From the sequence record ON286973: a stretch of DNA of 64,000 nucleotides; one strand, 5' to 3'. The stretch comes from Escherichia phage A51.2. Position numbers and translations under genes: made by a program. Shown here piece by piece: positions 1 through 8,445 of the stretch. The notes under the pieces are model-generated. The model did no database searches. It saw only the letters and a list, made by a program, of their open reading frames with translations, and was not told the origin of the DNA. How positions within the stretch are numbered: the first letter of the stretch is position 1; each line of letters starts with the position of its first letter.

Positions 1-139
1 TGCCCATAGTAAGTAATAAATTTAAAACATGGTACTTAGGATCTAGTATATTCTACATAAGTTAAGTATATGTACTTAGTACCATAAGTACTAGATCTTT
101 TATTTTTTATTATTTAGTTATTTTAGTTATATTCTTTAT

Positions 140-248
140 GTGTCCGTATCACGGACAGTTAGTGTCCGTATTACGGACAGATGTGTCCGCGTGACGGACA
201 GTAGTGTCCGTATCACGGACAGTTAATAGTATCCGTTCCATGGCGAAC
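140..248. repeat. Four tandem copies of a 19-bp palindromic unit GTGTCCGTATCACGGACAG (140-158, 162-180, 183-201, 204-222; period 21-22 bp) plus a degenerate fifth half-site; putative operator/iteron array
   Basis: Read directly; each unit carries the inverted repeat GTCCGT/ACGGAC; copies are separated by only 2-3 bp. Confidence 0.8.
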
Positions 249-296
249 ATAAAACATACGAATCCTTATAGTACAGATATTTAAGTTTTTACTGGT

Positions 297-647
297 CTAA
301 CCAGTTGTTGACATCCGAATAACTTCTTCTGGTGGCAAAACTTTGGAAAATGTGCATCTTTTACCTCTCCCTTGTGTGGATGTTTCAACCACCCCTGCAC
401 ACTCTAAAGTTTTAACGCACGCTGCTGCTTTTGTTTTCTTTATCCCAACATCTGCTGCAATTTTCCTTGTGCTGGGTGTGAAGCGTGAATTTCCTCCAAG
501 CTTATACCAGTTGTGCAGGTAGCAGTATACGATCTTGTCATACAAGTCAAGAACAACAACCTCTCCAGTTGTGTCATTCAAAACTTTTGACATAGACAGT
601 ATTTCAAGGGGGACTTTAAGATATAGCAGCTTATCCCCATCTTTCAT
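297..647 (-). CDS. Hypothetical protein, possible winged-HTH DNA-binding protein
   Basis: 116-aa ORF; basic C-terminal half resembles an HTH; no recognisable catalytic motif. Confidence 0.4.
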   Translation of the reverse strand: MKDGDKLLYLKVPLEILSMSKVLNDTTGEVVVLDLYDKIVYCYLHNWYKLGGNSRFTPSTRKIAADVGIKKTKAAACVKTLECAGVVETSTQGRGKRCTFSKVLPPEEVIRMSTTG

Positions 648-694
648 ATCTCCTGATTCTCCTTGTGTGGCAATTTTCTTTAAAATAGCAGGGA

Positions 695-1249
695 TTACTC
701 CCCGCTGTCAATAGCAAAACTCATTGCAATACGGTATGCCTCTTCTAATGGTAAGAGTCTCCCCCACACATCCCAACCGACATCAAGCTGCCTGCCAAAC
801 AACTGTTGTGTGGTTCCGTGAGCATGACCGAACAGTTGGACTGATCCGTGAGGCTTTCTGTTCCACTTTGCAAATTGGTAATGGCTCATACAGATCAAAT
901 TCTTGTTGTGGCGAAGCTCGTAATAATCTACAACCTCATGACCGAACTCTTTCATAATTCTGACAGTCGTCCTTGTGTCATGGTTGCCACGAACAAGAAT
1001 AATATGTCCGTTCAACATATTTAGAATATCTGGAAGTAAGTTGTTGATATTCTTATCATTAGTGCACGCAATATCTCCCAAGTGGAACACAGTGTCTGCA
1101 GGTGACACAACAGAGTTCCACTCGGCGATGATTCCCGCATTCATACTGTCAAGATTGTGATCATACTGAGATCTGTGTTTTTGACATGAATCGAACTCCA
1201 TGACCCGCTGGTGGAGAAAGTGTGTGTCGCTTGTTACAAAGTATTTCAT
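695..1249 (-). CDS. Calcineurin-like metallophosphoesterase (Ser/Thr phosphatase / polynucleotide 3'-phosphatase-like)
   Basis: Motifs MKYFVTSDTHF (D-x-H), HLGDI (GDxxD-like), VRGNHD (GNH[DE]); start refined to ATG at 1249, 8 nt after the upstream gene's stop. Confidence 0.8.
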   Translation of the reverse strand: MKYFVTSDTHFLHQRVMEFDSCQKHRSQYDHNLDSMNAGIIAEWNSVVSPADTVFHLGDIACTNDKNINNLLPDILNMLNGHIILVRGNHDTRTTVRIMKEFGHEVVDYYELRHNKNLICMSHYQFAKWNRKPHGSVQLFGHAHGTTQQLFGRQLDVGWDVWGRLLPLEEAYRIAMSFAIDSGE

Positions 1250-1256
1250 ACATTCC

Positions 1257-1664
1257 TCATTTAAGTTTAATGCAGTTTTTAAGTTGGCGTTCCATACGAT
1301 CCACAACCTCGTCTGAAGCATGAATGCTTTTATTACCGTGGCGGTTTTCAACCACGATTACGGTATAACTATACCCATAACTGATTGCCATGTCAATATA
1401 TTTTTGCACATATTTTTCTTTTGTAAACGTATTACTTACCACGATACGGTCGTATCCCATACGCATCATATCTTCTACGTTATCTTTGCACCATTTTGCT
1501 GCAAGTGTGACTTTACTTGCATCCCAGTTGTAATTTCCATCATCGTCGTACCAGAACATGTCGTTCTCAAAATGTGGATACAGACCCTCTAAAGATAGCG
1601 CATTTGCCAGTGTTGATTTGCCAGACCCTGGTAGACCACGCACGATATATAGCATTTTAGACAT
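1257..1664 (-). CDS. P-loop polynucleotide 5'-kinase-like protein (T4 Pnk kinase-domain-like)
   Basis: Walker A GLPGSGKST near the N-terminus, then IVVSNTF resembling the T4 Pnk kinase core; start refined to ATG at 1664 preceded by GGAGGG. Confidence 0.6.
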   Translation of the reverse strand: MSKMLYIVRGLPGSGKSTLANALSLEGLYPHFENDMFWYDDDGNYNWDASKVTLAAKWCKDNVEDMMRMGYDRIVVSNTFTKEKYVQKYIDMAISYGYSYTVIVVENRHGNKSIHASDEVVDRMERQLKNCIKLK

Positions 1665-1724
1665 AGTGACCCTCCGTTTTAATTTCAACGATAGTATACC
1701 TAACTGTTTTGTTAATTTCAAGTG

Positions 1725-1730
1725 TTGACA
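1725..1730 (+). promoter_or_regulatory. TTGACA -35-like hexamer in the divergent intergenic region between the minus kinase gene and the plus ligase gene
   Basis: Read directly; the -10 element is weak, so the promoter call is tentative. Confidence 0.3.
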
Positions 1731-1764
1731 CTAGGTTATTTGTGTGGCAGGATAGACTGACAAA

Positions 1765-2700
1765 ATGACAAATGAGGAACGTATGATGAAGTATTTTAAT
1801 GCAGACGACCTAGTTGACAAAGGTCTTGTAACCAGTAGGTATTACCCAGATCTCGGGTTAAAGATCTATAAATATGCTAGAAAAGTATTTTACAACAATT
1901 TATGGCATTTGTCCCCTCGTTTACTGGAGTGCCGAGGCATTGTTGTAGGTAATGAAGGAAATGTTGTGGCATGGCCCTTCACAAAAGTGTTTAACTTGGG
2001 AGAAAACTCCACCAACCTGCCTGACAATAAGCTTGTGACTGCGGTAGAGAAAAAGAACGGATTCCTTGGTGTGGTATCATCTCATAAAGGTGACCTATTG
2101 TTCTCAACAACCGGGTCTCTTGATTCTCCATATTGTAACCTTGCAAAGGAAACCATCCAAGAGCAATGTGGTAATTTAGATCTTATCAAGAAGGTTATGG
2201 GCAATGAAAACATGACATTCATGTTTGAAATTTGTCACCCTTCAGATCCGCATATTGTTCAAGAAGACCATGGCGCATATTTGATAGGTTGCAGATATAA
2301 TGATTCTGGAATAATGCTACCAGAAGCAGCTTTAGATGGGATTGCCAAATACCTTGGTGCAAAACGTCCTCACACTGTGCGTGAAATCCCGTTCAGCTAT
2401 GCAAAAGAATTAGCCGCAGAAACAAGGGGCGAAGGGTATATGATCCGTAAGCCTTACTACCCTTATGACCTGCAGCTGAAGATCAAGTCTCCATACTACC
2501 TGGCACGGAAGGCCGTAATGAGGGGTAAAGCTTGGAAGATTTGGGATGATGATATCTTTAAACGTGTTGACGAAGAGTTTTACGGCATGGTAAACTTCAT
2601 TCGTAACAATTACACAGAAGATGTGTGGAACTGCCTCCTGGAGCAGGAACGCCGTGAGATACTTGATTACTATTTCCACAACGAGAACTATATGCAATGA
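1765..2700 (+). CDS. Putative RNA ligase / nucleotidyltransferase (K-x-[DN]-G motif I)
   Basis: 311-aa ORF with VEKKNGFLG resembling the covalent nucleotidyltransferase lysine motif; divergent from the kinase/phosphoesterase pair. Confidence 0.45.
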   Translation: MTNEERMMKYFNADDLVDKGLVTSRYYPDLGLKIYKYARKVFYNNLWHLSPRLLECRGIVVGNEGNVVAWPFTKVFNLGENSTNLPDNKLVTAVEKKNGFLGVVSSHKGDLLFSTTGSLDSPYCNLAKETIQEQCGNLDLIKKVMGNENMTFMFEICHPSDPHIVQEDHGAYLIGCRYNDSGIMLPEAALDGIAKYLGAKRPHTVREIPFSYAKELAAETRGEGYMIRKPYYPYDLQLKIKSPYYLARKAVMRGKAWKIWDDDIFKRVDEEFYGMVNFIRNNYTEDVWNCLLEQERREILDYYFHNENYMQ

Positions 2701-3047
2701 AGAAGTTGATTGTGTGGCTGGATGACTTGAGAGATCCGTCAAATTATGGGCTCCCAGACGCTATTTGGCTAAAGAATTCCTCCGAGTTTATAGATTTTAT
2801 TAACGATAGGGGAAAGCTCTACAGACGCGTTTCTGAGTGGCACATGGACAACGACCTTGGAGAGGTGTTCGAAGGGTACGATTGCCTATCTATGTTGGAG
2901 GAAAAATTTGTATTTGGTAAGCCCCCTGTAGTTGACAACGTGAAGATTTTCGTGCATACTTCTAACCCATCAGCGGCTCGTAAATTCATGCTTGCAGCTG
3001 ACTCGTTTAAAAAGTTTGGAATAGAGATTAAACAAAACATCTACTGA
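2697..3047 (+). CDS. Hypothetical protein
   Basis: 116-aa ORF overlapping the upstream stop (ATGA); sits immediately upstream of the Sir2-like gene. Confidence 0.45.
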   Translation: MKKLIVWLDDLRDPSNYGLPDAIWLKNSSEFIDFINDRGKLYRRVSEWHMDNDLGEVFEGYDCLSMLEEKFVFGKPPVVDNVKIFVHTSNPSAARKFMLAADSFKKFGIEIKQNIY

Positions 3048-3055
3048 GGACACTT

Positions 3056-3817
3056 ATGCGACGACTGATTATTATCTCCGGTGCTGGTTTGAGCGCTGAA
3101 TCTGGTATTCCCACTTTCCGATCTGGTAGCACTGCAATGTGGGAGAATTTCAGCATCGATGAGGTGTGCAACATCCACACCTTTGCCAAGAACTACTACA
3201 AGGTGCATGACTTTTACAATGCACGTCGTGTAGCTCTAGGCGGTGTTGAGCCTAACCTTGCACATCTTCGGATCGCTGAGTGGTATTCCCGCTGGTCTGG
3301 TCGTGTGATCAACCTTACCACCAATGTAGATGATTTGCTGGAGCGTGCGGGTGTAAAACATGAAGATATTTTACATGTTCACGGGTATTTGCCAGAAATA
3401 GTCTATGAGGACGATGAAGGAAGTGACGTCATTAAGGACATTGGATACTCTGAGGTAGATGCAGGAAAGTATACCTGGGTTAAACCTAATGTGGTGTTCT
3501 TCGGAGAAGTAGCTCCGAAGTATACAGACATGTATGACCTGTTGACTTCTCTTACAAGCAATGATATGGTTATCCTTGTAGGGTGTTCCAACACAGTTAT
3601 CAATTTTAACTGGGAGCTATTCCCTGCCTGCAATAAGGGAACCAAACTACTGATCGTTAATAAATACGACTCACAGCATCTAGAGGAGAATGGCATTTCA
3701 CGTAGTGATATTTACCAGTATGAGGATCGCGGCATCCCAGTTTGGTTTAACGGTGCGGTTGATGCCTTCTCTGATAAAACATTCATTGAGACCGTAGAAA
3801 ACTTTATGGAACTTTAA
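3056..3817 (+). CDS. Sir2-family (sirtuin-like) NAD-dependent protein
   Basis: N-terminal Rossmann motif GAGLSAESGIPTFR matches the canonical sirtuin GAG(I/V)SxxSGIPxFR; HG dipeptide at LHVHG; no Zn-ribbon cysteines. Confidence 0.8.
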   Translation: MRRLIIISGAGLSAESGIPTFRSGSTAMWENFSIDEVCNIHTFAKNYYKVHDFYNARRVALGGVEPNLAHLRIAEWYSRWSGRVINLTTNVDDLLERAGVKHEDILHVHGYLPEIVYEDDEGSDVIKDIGYSEVDAGKYTWVKPNVVFFGEVAPKYTDMYDLLTSLTSNDMVILVGCSNTVINFNWELFPACNKGTKLLIVNKYDSQHLEENGISRSDIYQYEDRGIPVWFNGAVDAFSDKTFIETVENFMEL

Positions 3818-3830
3818 AAGGAGACCTTTA

Positions 3831-4544
3831 ATGCTGAATACTAAATTAATTGACAACCTGGAAAAACTGTCCCAACCTGAAAACTACCTTTGGTCTGCCA
3901 ACTGGGTGGAAAACTGGAACCGTGTGGCAGCTAAAGTGAAAAAATCATACACACCGTTCGAATTACAGCTTAGCTTCATTGAGGAAGAGTTCAATGAAGT
4001 TTTGGAAGAGCTGGAAAAAGGGGATGGTGGAGATCACCTGCTAAAAGAGGCCTGCGATCTTCACGTTGTCACAAGTTATGCCGCTTATCTTGTTAATGAC
4101 AATCACGAAAAGTGGTCAAACCTGTTTGATAATCCACGAGGTCTTAAGTTCAAGATCGGTGAGTTCTATGATACACTGATCGCTGCGAAAAACACCTCTA
4201 AGCAAAGAGCATCCGCTTACCGCTTAGCAGAGTTGTCAACAGCTTTGCTGTTCCAGCTTCGCGGCGATGTGTGCGGGATGATGCGTAAGGTTATCAAATC
4301 GAATGACAGCAAGTTTGCACGGGTCAACCATCTACGGTATTCACACGGTGCCAGTGCAGATATGCCTGCTGAACAACTCATCGAGTTGGAGATTAAAGAT
4401 CTTGAGCGACGCTTTGATGGTCGATATGAAGGTTTTGTTGCTAAGGAAGAATTCTACAACGGTAATAAAGTTATCATATTCCTTGACAGTAAAGGTAAGA
4501 TCATGAAGCCTTCGAGCTTCAAGGATGTAACAGAGTATATTTAA
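3831..4544 (+). CDS. MazG-like nucleoside triphosphate pyrophosphohydrolase (putative)
   Basis: EEEFNEVLEELEKGD ... EACDL fits the MazG E-x-x-E ... E-x-x-D metal-binding pattern. Confidence 0.5.
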   Translation: MLNTKLIDNLEKLSQPENYLWSANWVENWNRVAAKVKKSYTPFELQLSFIEEEFNEVLEELEKGDGGDHLLKEACDLHVVTSYAAYLVNDNHEKWSNLFDNPRGLKFKIGEFYDTLIAAKNTSKQRASAYRLAELSTALLFQLRGDVCGMMRKVIKSNDSKFARVNHLRYSHGASADMPAEQLIELEIKDLERRFDGRYEGFVAKEEFYNGNKVIIFLDSKGKIMKPSSFKDVTEYI

Positions 4545-4550
4545 CAACAT

Positions 4551-4576
4551 AGCCGGGATTACCCGGCTTTACTTGT
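4551..4576 (+). terminator. Intrinsic terminator-like hairpin AGCCGGG-ATTA-CCCGGCT followed by TTTACTTGTTG
   Basis: Read directly, immediately after the stop at 4544. Confidence 0.5.
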
Positions 4577-4607
4577 TGTGGAAAGTATGCAAGTGAGGCA
4601 GATAGTT

Positions 4608-4916
4608 ATGTACAAGCACTCTAGAGATCTTGAAAACGATGCTGTGTTTGGGGATCAGATGAAAGAGTTGGTTAAACTCATAGGCAGGATAGAGGATAAG
4701 TTTGACACTAAGATCTACATCGACAGCAAAGTATTCAACCACAAAATATGGACAAATCTGTGTGTTGGACTACATGGAGATAAAGATGTGGTAAATTTAG
4801 TTGTAATTAAGTTCATAGTGTGGCAGAATAAAACTATAAATTATTACGATCCACATCTGCTTGTTTACCCGATAAAAGACCTATTAGATAAGGAGGACTG
4901 CAATGCCGTTATTTAA
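4608..4916 (+). CDS. Hypothetical protein
   Basis: ORF; start refined to ATG 4608 with GTGAGG upstream. Confidence 0.4.
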   Translation: MYKHSRDLENDAVFGDQMKELVKLIGRIEDKFDTKIYIDSKVFNHKIWTNLCVGLHGDKDVVNLVVIKFIVWQNKTINYYDPHLLVYPIKDLLDKEDCNAVI

Positions 4917-5172
4917 TCTTGCTAAACCTGTAGAAGCACACCAGTTTGACGGAAGCTCTTCATCAGTATCTGATCTGCAACGGTGGATTGATACAGGTGT
5001 GTTTACATCGTCACCTGTTCGGACCAGAGATCTTCGCCGTATGTGTGAGCTTGTAGAGCCGTTTGGTAACCTAGTCTTGCACCAGGGTGATTGGCTTGTT
5101 GATTTTATGGGGGACTGGTTGGTAATGAGTAAAGAAGAGATGTTTAAAATTTTTAAGGAAGAGGTAGAGTAA
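4903..5172 (+). CDS. Hypothetical protein
   Basis: 89-aa ORF, tightly packed with neighbours. Confidence 0.4.
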   Translation: MPLFNLAKPVEAHQFDGSSSSVSDLQRWIDTGVFTSSPVRTRDLRRMCELVEPFGNLVLHQGDWLVDFMGDWLVMSKEEMFKIFKEEVE

Positions 5173-6455
5173 TGCATCAAATCAAAACAACACTGTACGC
5201 ACTGAACAAAGATGGCAGCTACCAACAGTGGAAAGTATTCACGGATGGTGATAAGGTTATCGTAGAGTTTGGCAAGCTTGATGGTAAACTGCAATACAAA
5301 GAGACGATCTGCACACCTAAGAACGTGGGTCGCGCCAATGAGACTACAGCTGAGCAACAGGCCGAGCTGGAAGCGATCAGTAAGTGGGAAAAACAGGTCC
5401 GACTAGGGTACGTGGAGAGTATGGAAGATTGTGAGCAAGGTGTTGATCTTTTACCAATGTTAGTGCATGACTACCTGAAGCGTGGCAAGGCACTTAAATT
5501 ACCTTGCTGGATCTTGCGTAAGTTAGATGGCCTTCGTCTACTTGTTGTTTTCCAGAATGGTGAGCCTAAATTTATTTCCCGTGGTAATAAATCCTACCCT
5601 ATTCAAGGAAAGCTTCTGGAGCAACTTCGCTCTTTCCACCTAACCACCGGGATTAAACAGCTCGACGGAGAGCTCTATATTCATGGTCTGCCTCTGCAGA
5701 AAATAGTGTCTCTTGCTAAACGGTGGCGCACACAGGAAGAAATTCAGGCCGAGATCGATAAAGACTACGAGGCAGATAAAAAACGCCGTCAGGCTGCGAT
5801 TAAGGCAGGTTTAGCAACATACAAAAACTTCAACAAGATGGATATTCCTGTTGATGTTGATCCTGTTCGTGATGATTTGCGTTACGGAGGGTACTGCAGC
5901 TACGACCTAGAGTATCATATTTTCGATATCCCTAGCGATAAGGTGTGGTGGGATCCTGAAACAGAGTCTGGTCGCTGTAAGGATCTTATGGAGGCAAACG
6001 GTGCTATTACTTCTTTGATGCTTGATCATATTAAGGTTGTTGATGCAGAGCTTGCATATACGGTTGATCGGTGCGAAGAGTCTGTTGGTATATTTATGTC
6101 TGAAGGATATGAAGGTACCATTATGCGTAACTTCTGCGGTAAATATGAGTATGGTCAGCGAACATCTGAAGCATTGAAATGGAAAAAGTTCAACGACGCA
6201 GAGGTGAAAGTTATTGACGTTGAGAAAGATAAGAATGATGAAGGTGTTCTTATCTGTGTTGACAAGGAAGGTGTTGTTGTTAAAATGAAGATGAAAGGCA
6301 CGCACGAGGAGCGTAGCTATGACAGGATGCAGGAAATGATCGGCAAGTTTGTCACCTTCAAATATCAAGCAAGGACAGAAGACAACAACTACCAATTCCC
6401 TGTCGGTATCTGCGTCCGAAATGTTAACCCAGACACTTGGGAGGTTCTGGAATGA
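5172..6455 (+). CDS. ATP-dependent DNA ligase
   Basis: Motif I K-x-D-G-x-R present as RKLDGLR; size (427 aa) fits phage ATP-dependent ligases. Confidence 0.7.
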   Translation: MHQIKTTLYALNKDGSYQQWKVFTDGDKVIVEFGKLDGKLQYKETICTPKNVGRANETTAEQQAELEAISKWEKQVRLGYVESMEDCEQGVDLLPMLVHDYLKRGKALKLPCWILRKLDGLRLLVVFQNGEPKFISRGNKSYPIQGKLLEQLRSFHLTTGIKQLDGELYIHGLPLQKIVSLAKRWRTQEEIQAEIDKDYEADKKRRQAAIKAGLATYKNFNKMDIPVDVDPVRDDLRYGGYCSYDLEYHIFDIPSDKVWWDPETESGRCKDLMEANGAITSLMLDHIKVVDAELAYTVDRCEESVGIFMSEGYEGTIMRNFCGKYEYGQRTSEALKWKKFNDAEVKVIDVEKDKNDEGVLICVDKEGVVVKMKMKGTHEERSYDRMQEMIGKFVTFKYQARTEDNNYQFPVGICVRNVNPDTWEVLE

Positions 6456-6579
6456 TGTAGGATGGTTTAGTAGGTAACGGTAGCCAATTGAATGATGGTT
6501 TTTCAATTGGCACCTACATAACCACACTATGCAGTGTTGTTGATCGGGTTAGTTATGAGCAAACTGGAGAGTATGAAAA

Positions 6580-7050
6580 ATGAAACTTGATAAAAATGTT
6601 CAACGAAAAGCTTTCTTGGATATGATCGCATATTCGGAAGGAACAGATAATGGTAGACAACCTACCAAGGATCGGGGGTACGATGTCATAGTCGGCGGCA
6701 AGCTGTTCAGCGATTACAGCAAGCATCCAGGTGTTTACGTTAAGCTAAATGCTAAACTTACCTCCTCCGCTGCTGGTCGTTACCAGGTTTTGGAGAAGTT
6801 TGCTAAACACTACATGAAACAGTTAGGATTACCAGATTTTGGCCCTGCCAGTCAGGACAAGATTGCGTTGCAACTGATCCGTGAGTGCAAGGCTCTCGCC
6901 GACATTGACGAAGGGCGTATCCACGAAGCTATCCGCAAATGCCGTTCCCGCTGGGCTTCGTTACCCGGCGCTGGATATGGTCAGCATGAACAGAAGATCG
7001 AGAAGTTGATCGAGGTGTTTAAAAAGGCAGGCGGTGTTGCCCTGGATTGA
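6580..7050 (+). CDS. Endolysin, lambda R-like lytic transglycosylase
   Basis: NVQRKAFLDMIAYSEGTDNGRQPTKDRGYDVIVGG and ASLPGAGYGQHEQK closely parallel lambda R. Confidence 0.85.
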   Translation: MKLDKNVQRKAFLDMIAYSEGTDNGRQPTKDRGYDVIVGGKLFSDYSKHPGVYVKLNAKLTSSAAGRYQVLEKFAKHYMKQLGLPDFGPASQDKIALQLIRECKALADIDEGRIHEAIRKCRSRWASLPGAGYGQHEQKIEKLIEVFKKAGGVALD

Positions 7051-7113
7051 TCATTGACATAACCACACGGACGTGGTATTGTCACCTCATAAAATGTTTG
7101 AGAGGGTTTAACC

Positions 7114-7320
7114 ATGAAAGATTTTCTGTTGGCAATTTTGTTCATGGCGGCATGTCTGGCCTGTGGTGTAGTGTTTGCAGGTGAAACAGCGTATCTTGTC
7201 GATGTATATCGGGACAATGGTAAACGTATTTGCCTTTATGAGACAAGCCAAGGTGAGCTCTACGAACTTGTGAAACAAGGAGAGGCAGGTTCCTGCCCTC
7301 GCACCCATTTCTTTGAATGA
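7114..7320 (+). CDS. Small secreted protein with N-terminal signal peptide; possible lysis accessory protein
   Basis: Hydrophobic N-terminus MKDFLLAILFMAACLACGVVFAG; located directly after the endolysin; no canonical lipobox. Confidence 0.4.
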   Translation: MKDFLLAILFMAACLACGVVFAGETAYLVDVYRDNGKRICLYETSQGELYELVKQGEAGSCPRTHFFE

Positions 7321-7329
7321 GGAGGATAC

Positions 7330-7794
7330 GTGGAAGACGGACGTTTAATGAAGTCTGAACGCAGGCTTATTGTGCAACTGATCCCAGAAACAGCTTGGTA
7401 TAATAACCTCCGAAACGCTGTAAAGAAGAGTGAGTGGGATAAGATCCGCAAGAAGTGCTATAGAGAAGCCAACTACACCTGTGAGGTGTGCGGCGGTAAA
7501 GGCAGCAAACATCCAGTGGAGTGTCATGAACTTTACACTTTCGAAGAGGGAGTGATCCGGCTTGTCGGACTGATAGCGTTGTGCCCAGATTGTCACACAT
7601 CGGTGCATCCTGGGTTAGCAAATATTCGTGGAAAGTATGCTCAGGCAGTTAATCAGTTGGCTAAGGTGAATAAGATCACCAAAGGTATGGCAGAGGCGTA
7701 TTACCGAGACTGCTTTGCAGAGTGGCGTGAGCTTAGTAAAGTTCCAGAGTGGAAGACTGACTTTTCGTGGATAGAGGGTTACCTTGATGGCTAA
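7330..7794 (+). CDS. HNH endonuclease-like protein (putative)
   Basis: CEVCGG ... ECHELYTF ... CPDCHTSVH resembles an HNH / zinc-ribbon nuclease core. Confidence 0.45.
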   Translation: MEDGRLMKSERRLIVQLIPETAWYNNLRNAVKKSEWDKIRKKCYREANYTCEVCGGKGSKHPVECHELYTFEEGVIRLVGLIALCPDCHTSVHPGLANIRGKYAQAVNQLAKVNKITKGMAEAYYRDCFAEWRELSKVPEWKTDFSWIEGYLDG

Positions 7795-8077
7795 GAAACC
7801 TGTAAAAGAGAAATTCGATAAGACAGCTTTTGTATTCGATACACCTCTGGACGATATCATCAGAGGTATGCAAGCCTTGTATCGGAAGGCTGAATCTGAG
7901 CAGTTGTCTGAATCAGAACTTTACTGGCTTGGTTGGTGGGAGTTAAACCTGCCTAAAGCTGAAAGTTCTTGTCTGAGAACTGTTAAAACGTGCGCCCAAG
8001 AAAACGCTGCACTTGGAATCTACCACAAAAGGAAAAGATCAACAAAAAGCTCTCCAAGAAAGACTAAAAAGTCTTGA
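7784..8077 (+). CDS. Hypothetical protein with basic C-terminus
   Basis: ORF only. Confidence 0.35.
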   Translation: MMAKKPVKEKFDKTAFVFDTPLDDIIRGMQALYRKAESEQLSESELYWLGWWELNLPKAESSCLRTVKTCAQENAALGIYHKRKRSTKSSPRKTKKS

Positions 8078-8103
8078 CAAAAGTGTTATTAATCTGATAT
8101 TAT
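8075..8103 (+). promoter_or_regulatory. Sigma70-like promoter, TTGACA-17bp-TATTAT
   Basis: Read directly; preceded by the small palindrome AGACT-AAAA-AGTCT. Confidence 0.5.
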
Positions 8104-8136
8104 CGGTAAGATATCTATAAACTAGGAGAACTAGAT

Positions 8137-8445
8137 ATGCTTAAAATTTTTATTGTTGAAGATAAAGATATTGTCCAGTTGTATGCAAACGAGAATCATA
8201 AAGGTATGATTCTGAAGAAGGCAAGCAACCTTCATGAAAACACAATTCAACCTGGCGATGTAATTAAGATCTGTGGTTATATGATACCAGACTCCTTGAT
8301 GAAAATAACCCACCACTGGGGGTCTAATCCGTTCCTTTTTGAAAAGTATTGGGATGTTGAGTCACTTATTGCAGAGAGTGATGATGCCTTCCATTACAGC
8401 ATCCAACCATCTTGCAGAATAACTAACAGGAGGGTCTTTGAGTAG
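8137..8445 (+). CDS. Hypothetical protein
   Basis: ORF with AGGAGA upstream. Confidence 0.4.
   Translation: MLKIFIVEDKDIVQLYANENHKGMILKKASNLHENTIQPGDVIKICGYMIPDSLMKITHHWGSNPFLFEKYWDVESLIAESDDAFHYSIQPSCRITNRRVFE

Noticed and set aside
140-222. Possible CRISPR array, suggested by the regularly repeated 19-bp units
   Set aside because: The repeats are separated by only 2-3 bp with no spacers and each is an internal palindrome; this fits an operator/iteron array, not CRISPR.
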